Origin: a virus
Lineage: Duplodnaviria > Heunggongvirae > Uroviricota > Caudoviricetes
IMG/VR virus record: IMGVR_UViG_3300042561_002062
Span: 85,525 to 149,524 of that record
DNA: 64,000 nt
Direction: 5' to 3' (one strand)
Shown here in pieces: positions 55,040-64,000 of this stretch. The stretch's first letter is position 1; every line of letters begins with the position of its first letter. The translations under genes and the position numbers were made by a program. Below the pieces are notes generated by a model, which had not been told where the DNA came from, ran no database searches, and worked only from the letters and a program-made list of their open reading frames with translations.

Positions 55040-56890
55040 TTATACCTTAGCTACTTCTTCTTGACGCTTTTCAGAAAGTTGCTTTAAGAGCTCCATACCT
55101 AAAAGACCGTTGATTGGACTTGAGTCTCCGTTACCAGAGATAAGAACCTCAGGAATGATTTTGATACCATTCACACCAATCATTTCAGTAACTTTAAGCT
55201 TACCGAAGTTATCTTGACCCATCGCCATAACTTGTTTTTCATAAGCCTCGGCGGTTGATTTACCGATAGCTGCGATTCTATCGGCTTCGGCATCCCCGGT
55301 AAGTCTGATTTCTGTAGCTTGCGCGTCAGCGTTTAGTTTTTTCGCTTCGGCTTGAGCGGCGGCTTCTAGTTTAAGAGCCTGTGAAGCGCCTTCAGCATCT
55401 TTGATCTTAGCTTCAGCTCTACGTTGAGAGATTTCAACAGATTGTTGTGCGGTTACCATTTGATCCTGCATGTTTGCTAGAGCTTTTGCTGATTCAAGAG
55501 TTTTACGCTTATCTTGAGCTCTTCGTTGAGTATCAAAAGTAATCTCTTCTTCAGAGGCAATCTTTCGATCCGTAAGAGTTTTCATAAGTTCACTAGGTGG
55601 TACAATATCACCAATAAGTGTATCTACCGCGTGAACGTTGTATTCTTCTAGAACTTGACTGATTTTTTCTTTCGCCGCGTTTTGACGTTGCTGACGTGTT
55701 GAGAGAAATGAGATCACATCTGAATCTTGAGCTGAGTTTCTAAAGTAGTTACCGATAGTTGGCTCAAGAACTTGGGATACAAGATTAGACATTGATCCAA
55801 ACCTAGCGATTACTTTGGGCGCCTCAGTAGATGGAACGTGAATAATCTGTGAAACATCTAGATTGAATGGGAAACCATCTTGAGAGCGGACAGTAATTGT
55901 ACTCAAGTTTTTATCTAGATTGTGTGATTCGTTACGAGCAGTAGCCCAGTTAAGAACAAGATTTGTAGTAGGAACGATTTCAATTTTCTGTGTGTAGGGA
56001 TTGATTGCGTATTTCCCTGGATCCAAGACCGAAGCCCAAACACCTTTCTGGCCACGTTTTACGATATTACCGTGCTTAAAACCATCACCAGTAGTATCTT
56101 CACCTTCTTCACCAACGTAAGAGATTACCACACCAACGTGACCAATCGGAATAGAAGTCATCGCTGCTTTTTCAATCTCAACTGCCCAGGGGTTCAGTGA
56201 ATAGAGACCTGCTTGGATAACTTGGATTTGAAGACCTCTTTGACCACCCTTGGATAGGAACTTATCAAAATCTTGGAAGTTATTGTGAGATTCAACAATG
56301 GAACCCGCGATAGAACCTACTTCGAGGGGCACCCCGTCAAGCGCAGTTACTACACCTACCATACCATCTTCAATAGATGTAATATCGGTGAGAAAAATCT
56401 CAAAAAGATGTGTGTTTACACGATATACACCATTGTTAAGATATCCAACTTGCTTTCCTCGCTGGCCACCTTTTGTAAGAAAAGCTCTAGCATCTTGATA
56501 ATCATCACAATCCACGTGCCTAGCTAAGATAGCTCCTTTTGGTAGTTGAACACCGTCTTTAGCCGAGATAAGACCCATTTTTCCCTTTGGGATTACTACT
56601 AAAGGTGCTTGATTGATTTCATACTGCCAAATCCAGTAACCCCAGTAAAGACCAGGAGCTAGTGTATCGGCTTGAAATCCTGGTTCATTGTTCAGGGCGA
56701 TAATCTTACCATCAGGTAGAGATTTATTTGCGCCCCAGAGTACAAATTTTTTGGTGACTAGACCAATTTTGTCTTCAGGTATAATAACCATACCGAAAAA
56801 GACCCGTAGTATAAACTTGTAGAATACTACCATGAGGATTGGAATAGTCACCCAGGACCATTCCAAAATGAGTTGAAGAATTTCTGTCAT
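55040..56890 (-). CDS. SPFH/band-7 flotillin-like membrane protein
   Basis: N-terminal TM, SPFH core, long C-terminal Ala/Glu-rich coiled coil (EAKIKDAEGASQALKLEAAAQAEAKKLNADAQA) as in YqiK/flotillin. Confidence 0.7.
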   Translation of the reverse strand: MTEILQLILEWSWVTIPILMVVFYKFILRVFFGMVIIPEDKIGLVTKKFVLWGANKSLPDGKIIALNNEPGFQADTLAPGLYWGYWIWQYEINQAPLVVIPKGKMGLISAKDGVQLPKGAILARHVDCDDYQDARAFLTKGGQRGKQVGYLNNGVYRVNTHLFEIFLTDITSIEDGMVGVVTALDGVPLEVGSIAGSIVESHNNFQDFDKFLSKGGQRGLQIQVIQAGLYSLNPWAVEIEKAAMTSIPIGHVGVVISYVGEEGEDTTGDGFKHGNIVKRGQKGVWASVLDPGKYAINPYTQKIEIVPTTNLVLNWATARNESHNLDKNLSTITVRSQDGFPFNLDVSQIIHVPSTEAPKVIARFGSMSNLVSQVLEPTIGNYFRNSAQDSDVISFLSTRQQRQNAAKEKISQVLEEYNVHAVDTLIGDIVPPSELMKTLTDRKIASEEEITFDTQRRAQDKRKTLESAKALANMQDQMVTAQQSVEISQRRAEAKIKDAEGASQALKLEAAAQAEAKKLNADAQATEIRLTGDAEADRIAAIGKSTAEAYEKQVMAMGQDNFGKLKVTEMIGVNGIKIIPEVLISGNGDSSPINGLLGMELLKQLSEKRQEEVAKV

Positions 56891-56993
56891 ATTTGTTTTT
56901 GTTTAGAATACAAATATATAAATATTTCCAGAAAAGTTCCAAATTAATTGGGAAATATTTTTAGAACTAGATAATTGATATGTGAAATTTCTT

Positions 56994-57752
56994 TCAAATT
57001 TTTGTAACCGTATTCTCCCAAACGTTAACACCTCTTAGTTGATATCGGAGTATCCACCTTTCTAATGCGAGACCGCACCTTTCTATATGATGTTTGTGTA
57101 TTATTTCTGGTGTAGGTGAAATATTTTCAGCCAATCGATAGTAATGCATTTTTTCATATAGATCATAATATTTAGACATTGTTGAAGAATCACCATAAAC
57201 AAAAAGATCACCCACACCACCACACCAATCAAAACCGTGTGGTATTTTTATTATTCCCTCGTTTATTTTTTGAATGTTTGGATTCTCGAGAAACTGAAGA
57301 TCGAATCTACTACCTATAACTACATCATACCTGAAACTATTTTTTGTCTCCCATTCTTCTCTTAGTTTATTGGCTGAGAATTTTTTATACCACATAGAAA
57401 AAATATTCAAGGTTTTAGTTTGTGAATCTTGGTCTATTCTCGAGTCGAGTAATCCCACCTCTCTTTCAAGAAATTGCTTAGAAAATTCGGTGAAGCAGTC
57501 CGCTTGAAAACTTATGGGTGCATACATCTCTAATATCTCATCAATATTTGAATCATCCTGTGGTGTTACTCCAAACCAAGAAGATGGAACTATGTTTTTC
57601 GAATCAGTCCATGAACTTATAAAAACATCAGGATTTAGTGTATTCAATAGAAACTCCTTTATAGAAGGATAGCACAATTTTGCATCTCTGAACTGACCAG
57701 ATAGAAGAAGTGCTACCTTCATACTAATTTTTTCACAAAAGAAATACCCCAA
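56994..57752 (-). CDS. hypothetical protein, paralog family LSGQFR...PDVFISSW
   Basis: MKVALLLSGQFRDAKLCYPSIKEF..PDVFISSWTD shared with two other genes. Confidence 0.45.
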   Translation of the reverse strand: MGYFFCEKISMKVALLLSGQFRDAKLCYPSIKEFLLNTLNPDVFISSWTDSKNIVPSSWFGVTPQDDSNIDEILEMYAPISFQADCFTEFSKQFLEREVGLLDSRIDQDSQTKTLNIFSMWYKKFSANKLREEWETKNSFRYDVVIGSRFDLQFLENPNIQKINEGIIKIPHGFDWCGGVGDLFVYGDSSTMSKYYDLYEKMHYYRLAENISPTPEIIHKHHIERCGLALERWILRYQLRGVNVWENTVTKI

Positions 57753-58375
57753 TCAAGAGGACTTTCACAACATTTTTCCACCGAGAACATATCTGGTCTA
57801 AAAAGATCAACTATTTTAGATGGTCCTGGATGTACATTGGTGTCGTGATACACAATATATCCTCCAGGTTTTACCATTTCAACCCATAGTAACTCATCTA
57901 TAACTTGATTTATCGAATGCCAACCGTCAATAAAAAGAAAATCAATTTCAGTGATCTCTAGCTCTCTAAATTTTTCTAGAACTCTTTGATAATATTCACT
58001 TTTTGAAATCAATGTATGTGTATTTGGAAATTTATGATCTAGGAAACTTTTATCGTCTATATCAATTCCAAGATATATTGTCTCTGGTGTTTTATACTTT
58101 GTTAGAATATATGTTGAGGTATTCTCGAAATTATTTCTAGATACACCTATTTCTACAATAACACCCGACTTTATATTTAATGAGAGAAATCTTTCGAGTA
58201 ATTTGAGTTGGTTACAATGTGAAAATTCTTGGTATGTTTGATACCCTGTTTGATTAGATATCAAACCATTATAATATATGGCAGACCAAATTTCAGGTGC
58301 GTCTTTGTTATCCATGTCATCGTTGAATGTTCTTGGATCTTCGACCAAGAATTTATTTATTAGTTGTTTTCTCAT
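57719..58375 (-). CDS. class I SAM-dependent O-methyltransferase (TylF/MycF/CmcI-like)
   Basis: VVEIGVSRN, IDFLFIDGWHS...GGYIVYHD. Confidence 0.6.
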   Translation of the reverse strand: MRKQLINKFLVEDPRTFNDDMDNKDAPEIWSAIYYNGLISNQTGYQTYQEFSHCNQLKLLERFLSLNIKSGVIVEIGVSRNNFENTSTYILTKYKTPETIYLGIDIDDKSFLDHKFPNTHTLISKSEYYQRVLEKFRELEITEIDFLFIDGWHSINQVIDELLWVEMVKPGGYIVYHDTNVHPGPSKIVDLFRPDMFSVEKCCESPLDWGISFVKKLV

Positions 58376-58383
58376 ATTTTTTT

Positions 58384-59628
58384 TTAAAAATATCTATAGG
58401 CCAGATCGGGATTGAAATCCCTGTTCCCCCATTTTTGAATAGCTTGTAAATACTCATTTTCTTGATAGTGACCGTTTATTGATTGAATCATAGCAAGACC
58501 TCCTGCTTTTGTACCACTCGGGTGACCATGCATAGCCCCACCTACGTTAGCCATCCAATCAAAACTACCTAGAGATTGATTGATAAATCTAACAAGACCA
58601 GGATGCATACCACAACTCAAGGCCGGAACAATATTATAGTTCCATAAAACACTCAACGAAGTTTTCAGTTCTTCTTCGTCTTGATTCATGTATCCACCTA
58701 TCATACCAGCATGTATAGAATCTACACCAGACCAACCTGCTATTTTACAAATGACTGGCCAATATATATGAAAAGGCGCTCGTCTATCGGTGAAAAACTT
58801 ATCACCACTTTTTTGAAAATGTATCCACATCTTTGGATTTTGTTTTCTGATAGCTCTGTAAACACCAAGACCACTCCAAACATTGATGTGAATACCGTTA
58901 CCTCCACCATCTTCAACAAGTTGAGCTCTTTGTAGAGCATATGGACTATCACCATTAATACAAAAACAATAAATCACATTTGGTGCATTTTTTTCTAACC
59001 ACCTTGATATTAATGGAACTCTTATATGCAAAGGGCAGTGGTCGGGATTTCCAAGAAGTTCATCTTCTTTGATGAAATTGACTCCTCCTTCAACCATTTC
59101 GATAACAGCTCTGAGTAAAACTTCAGGAGACATACCTACTTTAGGTTTTATTATTCCTCCAAAAAATGGTTTTTTGTGAACTCCGTTGAATTTTCTAAAT
59201 CCATCTATACCATAAGCTGGTTTAAGCCTAAACATAGATTCAATATTTTCTGGAAGAGTAATATCTAAAAGATGACAACTTTCGATTTCTAGAATATCTA
59301 CTTGACCACCTGCTGTATGACATAGGATTTGAGAGATGCCATCTTCTTCTAAATCTAGGTTCGCTAGTGGAAAAGCTATCTCTACAATAGACTCATTCAC
59401 GAGTCTAAGTTCAGATTCTTCTGCTAAAATTCTACAAGAGTGGTTTTCAAACATCTCGTCTGTTTCCCATACACTTCTATTTTTGGGATTTCCGATACTT
59501 TGACCTATAGCAAGATTAAGCGAAGCTTCGGCCACAGAAGTTTTTCCTCTTAGAAAATATTTAGCTATAAAATATTTTTCTAGATCAAGATCTTTTCGAT
59601 TACAAAATAAATTTATCATACTATTCAT
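58384..59628 (-). CDS. RuBisCO large-subunit-like protein (likely form IV RLP)
   Basis: GGIIKPKVGMSPEVLLRAVIEMVEGGVNFIKEDE aligns with RuBisCO GTIKPKLGLS..GGLDFTKDDE (K175, K177, K201, D203, E204 conserved; T173 replaced by I); DSIHAGMIGG = HIHAGTVVG; VGGAMHGHP = GGGTLGHP. Confidence 0.65.
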   Translation of the reverse strand: MNSMINLFCNRKDLDLEKYFIAKYFLRGKTSVAEASLNLAIGQSIGNPKNRSVWETDEMFENHSCRILAEESELRLVNESIVEIAFPLANLDLEEDGISQILCHTAGGQVDILEIESCHLLDITLPENIESMFRLKPAYGIDGFRKFNGVHKKPFFGGIIKPKVGMSPEVLLRAVIEMVEGGVNFIKEDELLGNPDHCPLHIRVPLISRWLEKNAPNVIYCFCINGDSPYALQRAQLVEDGGGNGIHINVWSGLGVYRAIRKQNPKMWIHFQKSGDKFFTDRRAPFHIYWPVICKIAGWSGVDSIHAGMIGGYMNQDEEELKTSLSVLWNYNIVPALSCGMHPGLVRFINQSLGSFDWMANVGGAMHGHPSGTKAGGLAMIQSINGHYQENEYLQAIQKWGNRDFNPDLAYRYF

Positions 59629-59969
59629 TATATCTCATACTTATCACTAGTTGATGATGGAGTTTTTATAATCACTAATTTACAATCTTCAAGAAAAACT
59701 GGATTTGCAATTTCCCAAGGCTCTAGTATAAAAATATCTCCAGAATTGAGTTCTCTATCTTGTATAATCATTCTTCCCTCAATAAGAAGATTTATCTCGG
59801 TTGATATTTTGTGATAATGTGTAGCCCAAATCTCACCTTTAGTATGAGTTTTATAACATACCTCGAAATCTTTTGTTCTAAAAGCGGATGGTGTGAAATC
59901 TCCAACAAACCAACCACCTATCATGTCGTTAAATTTTTCTATTTTCATAAAATGTTTTTGATATACCAT
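59628..59969 (-). CDS. cupin-fold protein (sugar isomerase/epimerase-like)
   Basis: 113 aa, two beta-barrel His motifs (HYH..E). Confidence 0.45.
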   Translation of the reverse strand: MVYQKHFMKIEKFNDMIGGWFVGDFTPSAFRTKDFEVCYKTHTKGEIWATHYHKISTEINLLIEGRMIIQDRELNSGDIFILEPWEIANPVFLEDCKLVIIKTPSSTSDKYEI

Positions 59970-60673
59970 TCTAAATCCTCGGGTGTACCGATAGGCCAGT
60001 GAAGATTATAGAAAAATGGTAATATTTTTTTATCCTCCTCTATAAGATAATTATAGGTTGGTGCGATGTAAAATTCGCCGTTACATCGTACATCATCACG
60101 AATAGTTTTATCTGCAGATCTCAGGAAATCATGACCATCTTTCCAGAAATGTAAACCATTGGTGGCAATGTTACTTATTCTTTCCTTTTCTCTTACGAGT
60201 GTTATCCATCCTCTTTCATCTAACTTTACATATGAATTTTTATGGGAGTTTGATATAAATGTTCCTAATAGACCATCCAAGTTATTATGGTTTATAAAAT
60301 TAAAAATATTGTCTAAATTGAAATCCTGAATGATTTGATCACAGTTGATGATCATAAGAGGTGACCTAGAAATGTACTCTCTAGCTAAAAGTGTTGTTGA
60401 AAGCGGACCTTCAGTTAATCTATCTAGAGAAATAATTCTTGGTGATTGGCAAATCTGGTTCAAGAGATTCGTTAAAAATCCATCTTCCAAAATTTCACCT
60501 TGGACTAAGAACGTCAAATTTTTAGTAATTCCTAAATTTTCTACTACTCTTTCTATCATAGGTTTTCCATTTATAGGTATAAGTGGTTTAGATAGTGTAT
60601 ATCCACTATCTAAAAATCTTTTACCAAGACCTGCCATCGGTATAATCACTTGTAAATCTTCTTTATAGATCAT
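59945..60673 (-). CDS. sugar-phosphate nucleotidyltransferase (GT-A-fold NTP-transferase)
   Basis: VIIPMAGLGKRF..LSKPLIPINGKPMI N-terminal nucleotide-binding signature. Confidence 0.7.
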   Translation of the reverse strand: MIYKEDLQVIIPMAGLGKRFLDSGYTLSKPLIPINGKPMIERVVENLGITKNLTFLVQGEILEDGFLTNLLNQICQSPRIISLDRLTEGPLSTTLLAREYISRSPLMIINCDQIIQDFNLDNIFNFINHNNLDGLLGTFISNSHKNSYVKLDERGWITLVREKERISNIATNGLHFWKDGHDFLRSADKTIRDDVRCNGEFYIAPTYNYLIEEDKKILPFFYNLHWPIGTPEDLEWYIKNIL

Positions 60674-62051
60674 ATTCTTTTATTTTTTTAAGGTAGTTGA
60701 ATAATCTCAAACTACCACTTTCTAAATTATAAAAATGGTTTTTCATCCAGAATTCTAAGTTCAAAGAATAACATCCTTGTTCATTATTTGATTCAAATAC
60801 AATAGTTTCTATCTTTTCTAATATTGGTGTAGGTATTGTTCTTATTATATTTAGAGCATCAATTCTTGAAGAAATCCTGAAGAAATCAACTTTATCTATT
60901 TCTAAATAATCGAATAATTTTATCCAATCTATATCTGGTGAAATTTTCAAAGGCACAACATTATCTCTATCTAGAACATTGTTTGCCAAACATGAAAAGA
61001 GGTGAGAATCCTCCTCTAAACTAAAAACTCGACTTGCTTTTTTTGCAACCCTATATGAAAAAAAACCATAACCGGCTCCTAAATCAATCACTACATCCTG
61101 ATCATTTACCTGGCATCCAAATCCTTCCCAAAGAGTTCCATTTCCAAAATAAGAATAAAAACTATCTTCATAAAATTCTCGCTCTATAGGATTAAAATTA
61201 TCAATATATTCAGTATGGGACAAAGTAGTATCATATAAATATCCCGAATCTTTATCAAAAACTCTCCACCTTTTTTCTAGCTCAACATTTAACATAAAGG
61301 AATATCTTAATTTTATTTTACTATCAAATCTTTCCAATACTATATTATTATGAGATAAATGGTAGCTTAGTATTATATGATTATTATGCTTCAATGTTTT
61401 TCCTACTTTATGATGTGGTTTGTTATAATTTAATCGGTAGTGATGTATGTGACGGAAAAGTTGACACACTTTATCAACAACAGATGAAGAACCCCAAAAA
61501 AATAGATCACCCAAACCACCATCATAATCATATCCACTCGCAAATTTTATTGTTTTAGGATTTATTGTGTTTACTAAAATAGGTTCGAAAAATTGAAGGT
61601 CAAATCTACAAACTATTACAACATCGTACAAAAACCCACACTTTCTTTCCCAGTCTTGTTTTAGTTTATTACATCTCATTATTTTATACCATTTACCCAA
61701 AAGTCTCATACAACCATCTCTTTCTTCATCACTTTGAGGGTCTGTAGATTCTATTATTTTAGAAAAATGTCCTCCAGGTTTAGGATCATAGGTTTCTAGT
61801 TCGAAAGAAATAGGATTATATAGTTCAACTACTTGAGTATGTGTAATATCATTTTCTGAAAATTGAGTATCGTACATAGCGTGTTGAACATCCAATGGGT
61901 TTTTCCAAGAACTTATAAAAATATCTGGTTTGTGAATATCAATAATATTTTTTTTGATACTTGGATAGCATTCCAAAGCATTTCTGTATTTCCCAGATAG
62001 ACACAAAGCTACTCTCACGGTATAATATCTTTTTTTGGTATAGCTATCCAA
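60663..62051 (-). CDS. two-domain protein: N-terminal LSGKYR...PDIFISSW paralog domain + C-terminal FkbM-family methyltransferase
   Basis: VRVALCLSGKYRNALECYPSIKK..PDIFISSW; C-terminal VVIDLGAGYGFF.. VFSLEED.. Confidence 0.6.
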   Translation of the reverse strand: MDSYTKKRYYTVRVALCLSGKYRNALECYPSIKKNIIDIHKPDIFISSWKNPLDVQHAMYDTQFSENDITHTQVVELYNPISFELETYDPKPGGHFSKIIESTDPQSDEERDGCMRLLGKWYKIMRCNKLKQDWERKCGFLYDVVIVCRFDLQFFEPILVNTINPKTIKFASGYDYDGGLGDLFFWGSSSVVDKVCQLFRHIHHYRLNYNKPHHKVGKTLKHNNHIILSYHLSHNNIVLERFDSKIKLRYSFMLNVELEKRWRVFDKDSGYLYDTTLSHTEYIDNFNPIEREFYEDSFYSYFGNGTLWEGFGCQVNDQDVVIDLGAGYGFFSYRVAKKASRVFSLEEDSHLFSCLANNVLDRDNVVPLKISPDIDWIKLFDYLEIDKVDFFRISSRIDALNIIRTIPTPILEKIETIVFESNNEQGCYSLNLEFWMKNHFYNLESGSLRLFNYLKKIKEYDL

Positions 62052-62209
62052 AGTACTAAATAAAATAAAACAGCGGGAAAGTTAGTGAAAAAAAGAAGTG
62101 ATAAAAATATAACTCTCCAGATCACCGGATCGGTATCAGTGTAACTTGCAAGTCCTTGGCAAACACCACTCAAATTGTCAGCATTTGGCTCTCTGTATAA
62201 TTTTTTCAT
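62015..62209 (-). CDS. PspC-domain small membrane protein
   Basis: LYREPNADNLSGVCQGLASYTDTDPVIWRVIFLSLLFF...WIAIPK is the PspC signature. Confidence 0.65.
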   Translation of the reverse strand: MKKLYREPNADNLSGVCQGLASYTDTDPVIWRVIFLSLLFFTNFPAVLFYLVLWIAIPKKDIIP

Positions 62210-62328
62210 AAGTTGATATATTTATATTTAGTAAAATGATAAATATCCTTAACTTAAAAAAAATCAATATTACAAAGTCTACCTAAATTATATTACCCTC
62301 TATAGGTATGAAAATAACTACTGGGCGA

Positions 62329-63162
62329 TCAAAGAGTTTGTTTATCTAATTTTTTTATTGCCAAAAACCCGTCGAAAGTTTCTACAACCCTTGCTGAATC
62401 CCTTCTGTTCCACATTTTATCAAGAGATAATAGCTTGTTTTTATCGATACCACAATTTCTGTTGGATATTTTCCCTTCATTGAAAAGTGCGATCATTTCT
62501 TCCATACTTAACGTAGGGTGATGTTTATCGAATTTTGGATCTGGGTGTGACCATCCGAATTTAAGTAGCCAGTTGATAAGTGCTTTTTTATTGGTGTCTT
62601 TGTAATCTTCGACCGTTCCGTTACCACTTCTCTTGGATAGTTTTTTTCCACCCTCAAAAAGAAGTCCCGCGTGAATAACCTCTGGAAAAGGTTTATCACC
62701 TTCAACTCTACAGATTTCTTCCCAGATTTTTTGCTGTTTCGGAAGATTGTTGATATGATCAACACCACGAATAATGTGCGTGATATCATAGTCGTAATCA
62801 TCTAGAATAGAACAAAAGTTATAGGTAGGAAATCCATTATTTCGAAGAATGACCATTTTATAATCACCCATATCAAGTTCTATACCGTTTTCACCGGGTG
62901 TTCCGATTTTTTCAGCAACTTCTTTATACCTATCCAACCTTTCAGATTGTCTAAAAGTAAGATCATAATCTAAACCAAAATTTTCCATTTGTTCGTAGAT
63001 ATAATCTATCCATTCGGGTCTGTTTCTTTCTTGGTCAGTATCATCGATACGAAGTATGAACTCACCTCCGTTAGCTCTAGCCATTAGATAGTTTAAAAGC
63101 GCTGTTCTTAAAGTTCCCAGGTGAAACTGACCGGTTGGACTTGGAGCTACTCTTGTTTTCAT
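62329..63162 (-). CDS. gluQ: glutamyl-Q tRNA(Asp) synthetase-like truncated class I GluRS (GluQ-RS/YadB-like)
   Basis: RVAPSPTGQFHLGTLRTALLNYLMARANGGEFILRIDDTDQER (HIGH-region GluRS core), 277 aa with no anticodon-binding domain. Confidence 0.7.
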   Translation of the reverse strand: MKTRVAPSPTGQFHLGTLRTALLNYLMARANGGEFILRIDDTDQERNRPEWIDYIYEQMENFGLDYDLTFRQSERLDRYKEVAEKIGTPGENGIELDMGDYKMVILRNNGFPTYNFCSILDDYDYDITHIIRGVDHINNLPKQQKIWEEICRVEGDKPFPEVIHAGLLFEGGKKLSKRSGNGTVEDYKDTNKKALINWLLKFGWSHPDPKFDKHHPTLSMEEMIALFNEGKISNRNCGIDKNKLLSLDKMWNRRDSARVVETFDGFLAIKKLDKQTL

Positions 63163-63388
63163 AAGTGATATTTTTTTAGATTATATATAAAACAAAAATA
63201 CTCAAAAAAAATCTTTCATCCAAAACTTTCATGAATTATCTGGAAAGATTATTTTTTGACATAAACATTTCTTGTCTATTCGCAACTAACCTAGGTTTAT
63301 CCGTATTTTATTGATAGTTTTTACTGGGAAATGAAATTATCGAGAAATGAAAAAATATATATAACTTCATAAATTATAATAGTTAAAA

Positions 63389-64000
63389 ATGGCAGATTTA
63401 CCAATTTCAGGACTCTCTTTTAGTAATACTTTAACCGGAGCTGAAGAAATAGCAGTCGTTCAGGACGGCATTACCAAAAAAACATCGGTCACTTCTCTTT
63501 TATATACACCCGGTAATACTTTCGGACTTTTCGCCCAGACCTATAATAGTGCCACAGTGAGTGGAACTACTTCAGAATCATCCTTGATAGGAGCTGGTGT
63601 GGGTTCTCTATCTATCCCTGCGAACGGATTCAAAATAGGTGATAGCTACCGAGCAGACTTCGGGGGTCTTCTTTCATCACAAAACAATGATACAATACAG
63701 ATCAGAGTAAAAGCAGGTTCGACTATTTTAGCGGATAGTGGTCTACAAACAATGTCAACAGCTACGAATGATGTCTGGCAGTTTTCTATCAATTTCACGG
63801 TTCGTTCGCTCGGAGTAGCTGGAACTGCATCGATTGTATCTCTAGGAGTATTTCATACTACAAAACAATCCAACGGCGCTCCTCAAGGTTTTGCATTTAA
63901 CACAGTCAACAGCACTACTTTTGATACTACAGTGAGCAATACTTTAGATGTTACCGTGCAGTTTAGCTCTACCAGACTTAGCAACTCAATCTATACAGAT
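63389..64000 (+). CDS. 5' portion of a structural (fibre-like) protein gene continuing past the window
   Basis: ATG at 63389, open to the window end; Ser/Thr/Gly-rich beta-type composition. Confidence 0.5.
   Translation, partial: MADLPISGLSFSNTLTGAEEIAVVQDGITKKTSVTSLLYTPGNTFGLFAQTYNSATVSGTTSESSLIGAGVGSLSIPANGFKIGDSYRADFGGLLSSQNNDTIQIRVKAGSTILADSGLQTMSTATNDVWQFSINFTVRSLGVAGTASIVSLGVFHTTKQSNGAPQGFAFNTVNSTTFDTTVSNTLDVTVQFSSTRLSNSIYTD

Noticed and set aside
10201-63000. Short antisense or embedded ORFs (10201..10410, 13765..13992, 14351..14591, 14880..15104, 15944..16150, 18929..19233, 21212..21418, 21715..21942, 22022..22231, 22714..22902, 23314..23535, 24063..24269, 26236..26445, 28031..28240, 30577..30837, 31060..31338, 35374..35568, 35558..35970, 36316..36507, 39563..40054, 40494..41185, 41645..41857, 42396..42602, 47806..48036, 48728..49285, 49880..50140, 54164..54813, 56273..56527, 58681..58955, 59811..60002, 60345..60668, 62508..62801)
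   Set aside because: Each lies within or antisense to a longer ORF with recognisable domains; low-complexity AT-rich translations with no independent signal.
1-64000. CRISPR arrays, integrase/transposase, prophage att sites
   Set aside because: No array of regularly spaced direct repeats was seen, and no recombinase-like ORF. The lone tRNA-Leu at 17450 has no adjacent integrase.
1-64000. Cellular (CPR/symbiont) chromosome instead of phage
   Set aside because: Considered because of PaaA, AspAT, CysK, RuBisCO-like and flotillin genes. A 27+ tRNA array, a GIY-YIG endonuclease beside thyX, multiple lysins, a LamG fibre protein, RNA-repair ligases and the absence of ribosomal or housekeeping operons favour a jumbo phage carrying auxiliary genes.

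Overview
This AT-rich (roughly 30-35% GC), densely coded window looks like part of a large (jumbo-type) bacteriophage genome, not a cellular chromosome. The phage hallmarks are a 4.2-kb array of at least 27 tRNA genes, a GIY-YIG homing endonuclease next to thyX, T4-type lysozyme and amidase lysins carrying peptidoglycan-binding domains, a LamG virion protein, an orphan DNA methyltransferase and a structural gene running off the 3' end. Several auxiliary modules stand out.

- **tRNA-like RNAs:** the tRNA array is interspersed with GC-rich structured segments and at least four tRNA-like RNAs. They share acceptor and Leu-type D arms, but a long internal hairpin replaces the anticodon arm.
- **RNA-repair toolkit:** there is a Ro60-like TROVE/vWA protein, two RNA-ligase + CPPR-domain gene pairs, a Pnk-like kinase, HAD phosphatases and a 2H phosphoesterase.
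- **NAD/ADP-ribose island:** this comprises a PRPP-synthetase homolog, a macro domain, a NADAR domain, two nucleoside-2-deoxyribosyltransferase-fold proteins and a NAMPT-like protein. It looks like an NAD-reconstitution / anti-ADP-ribosylation counter-defence module.
- **Glycan clusters:** there are two sugar-modification clusters, one of which contains a RuBisCO-like protein.
- **Other auxiliary genes:** scattered genes include PaaA, aspartate aminotransferase, cysteine synthase, flotillin, PspC and GluQ-RS.

No CRISPR array and no integrase or transposase were seen.
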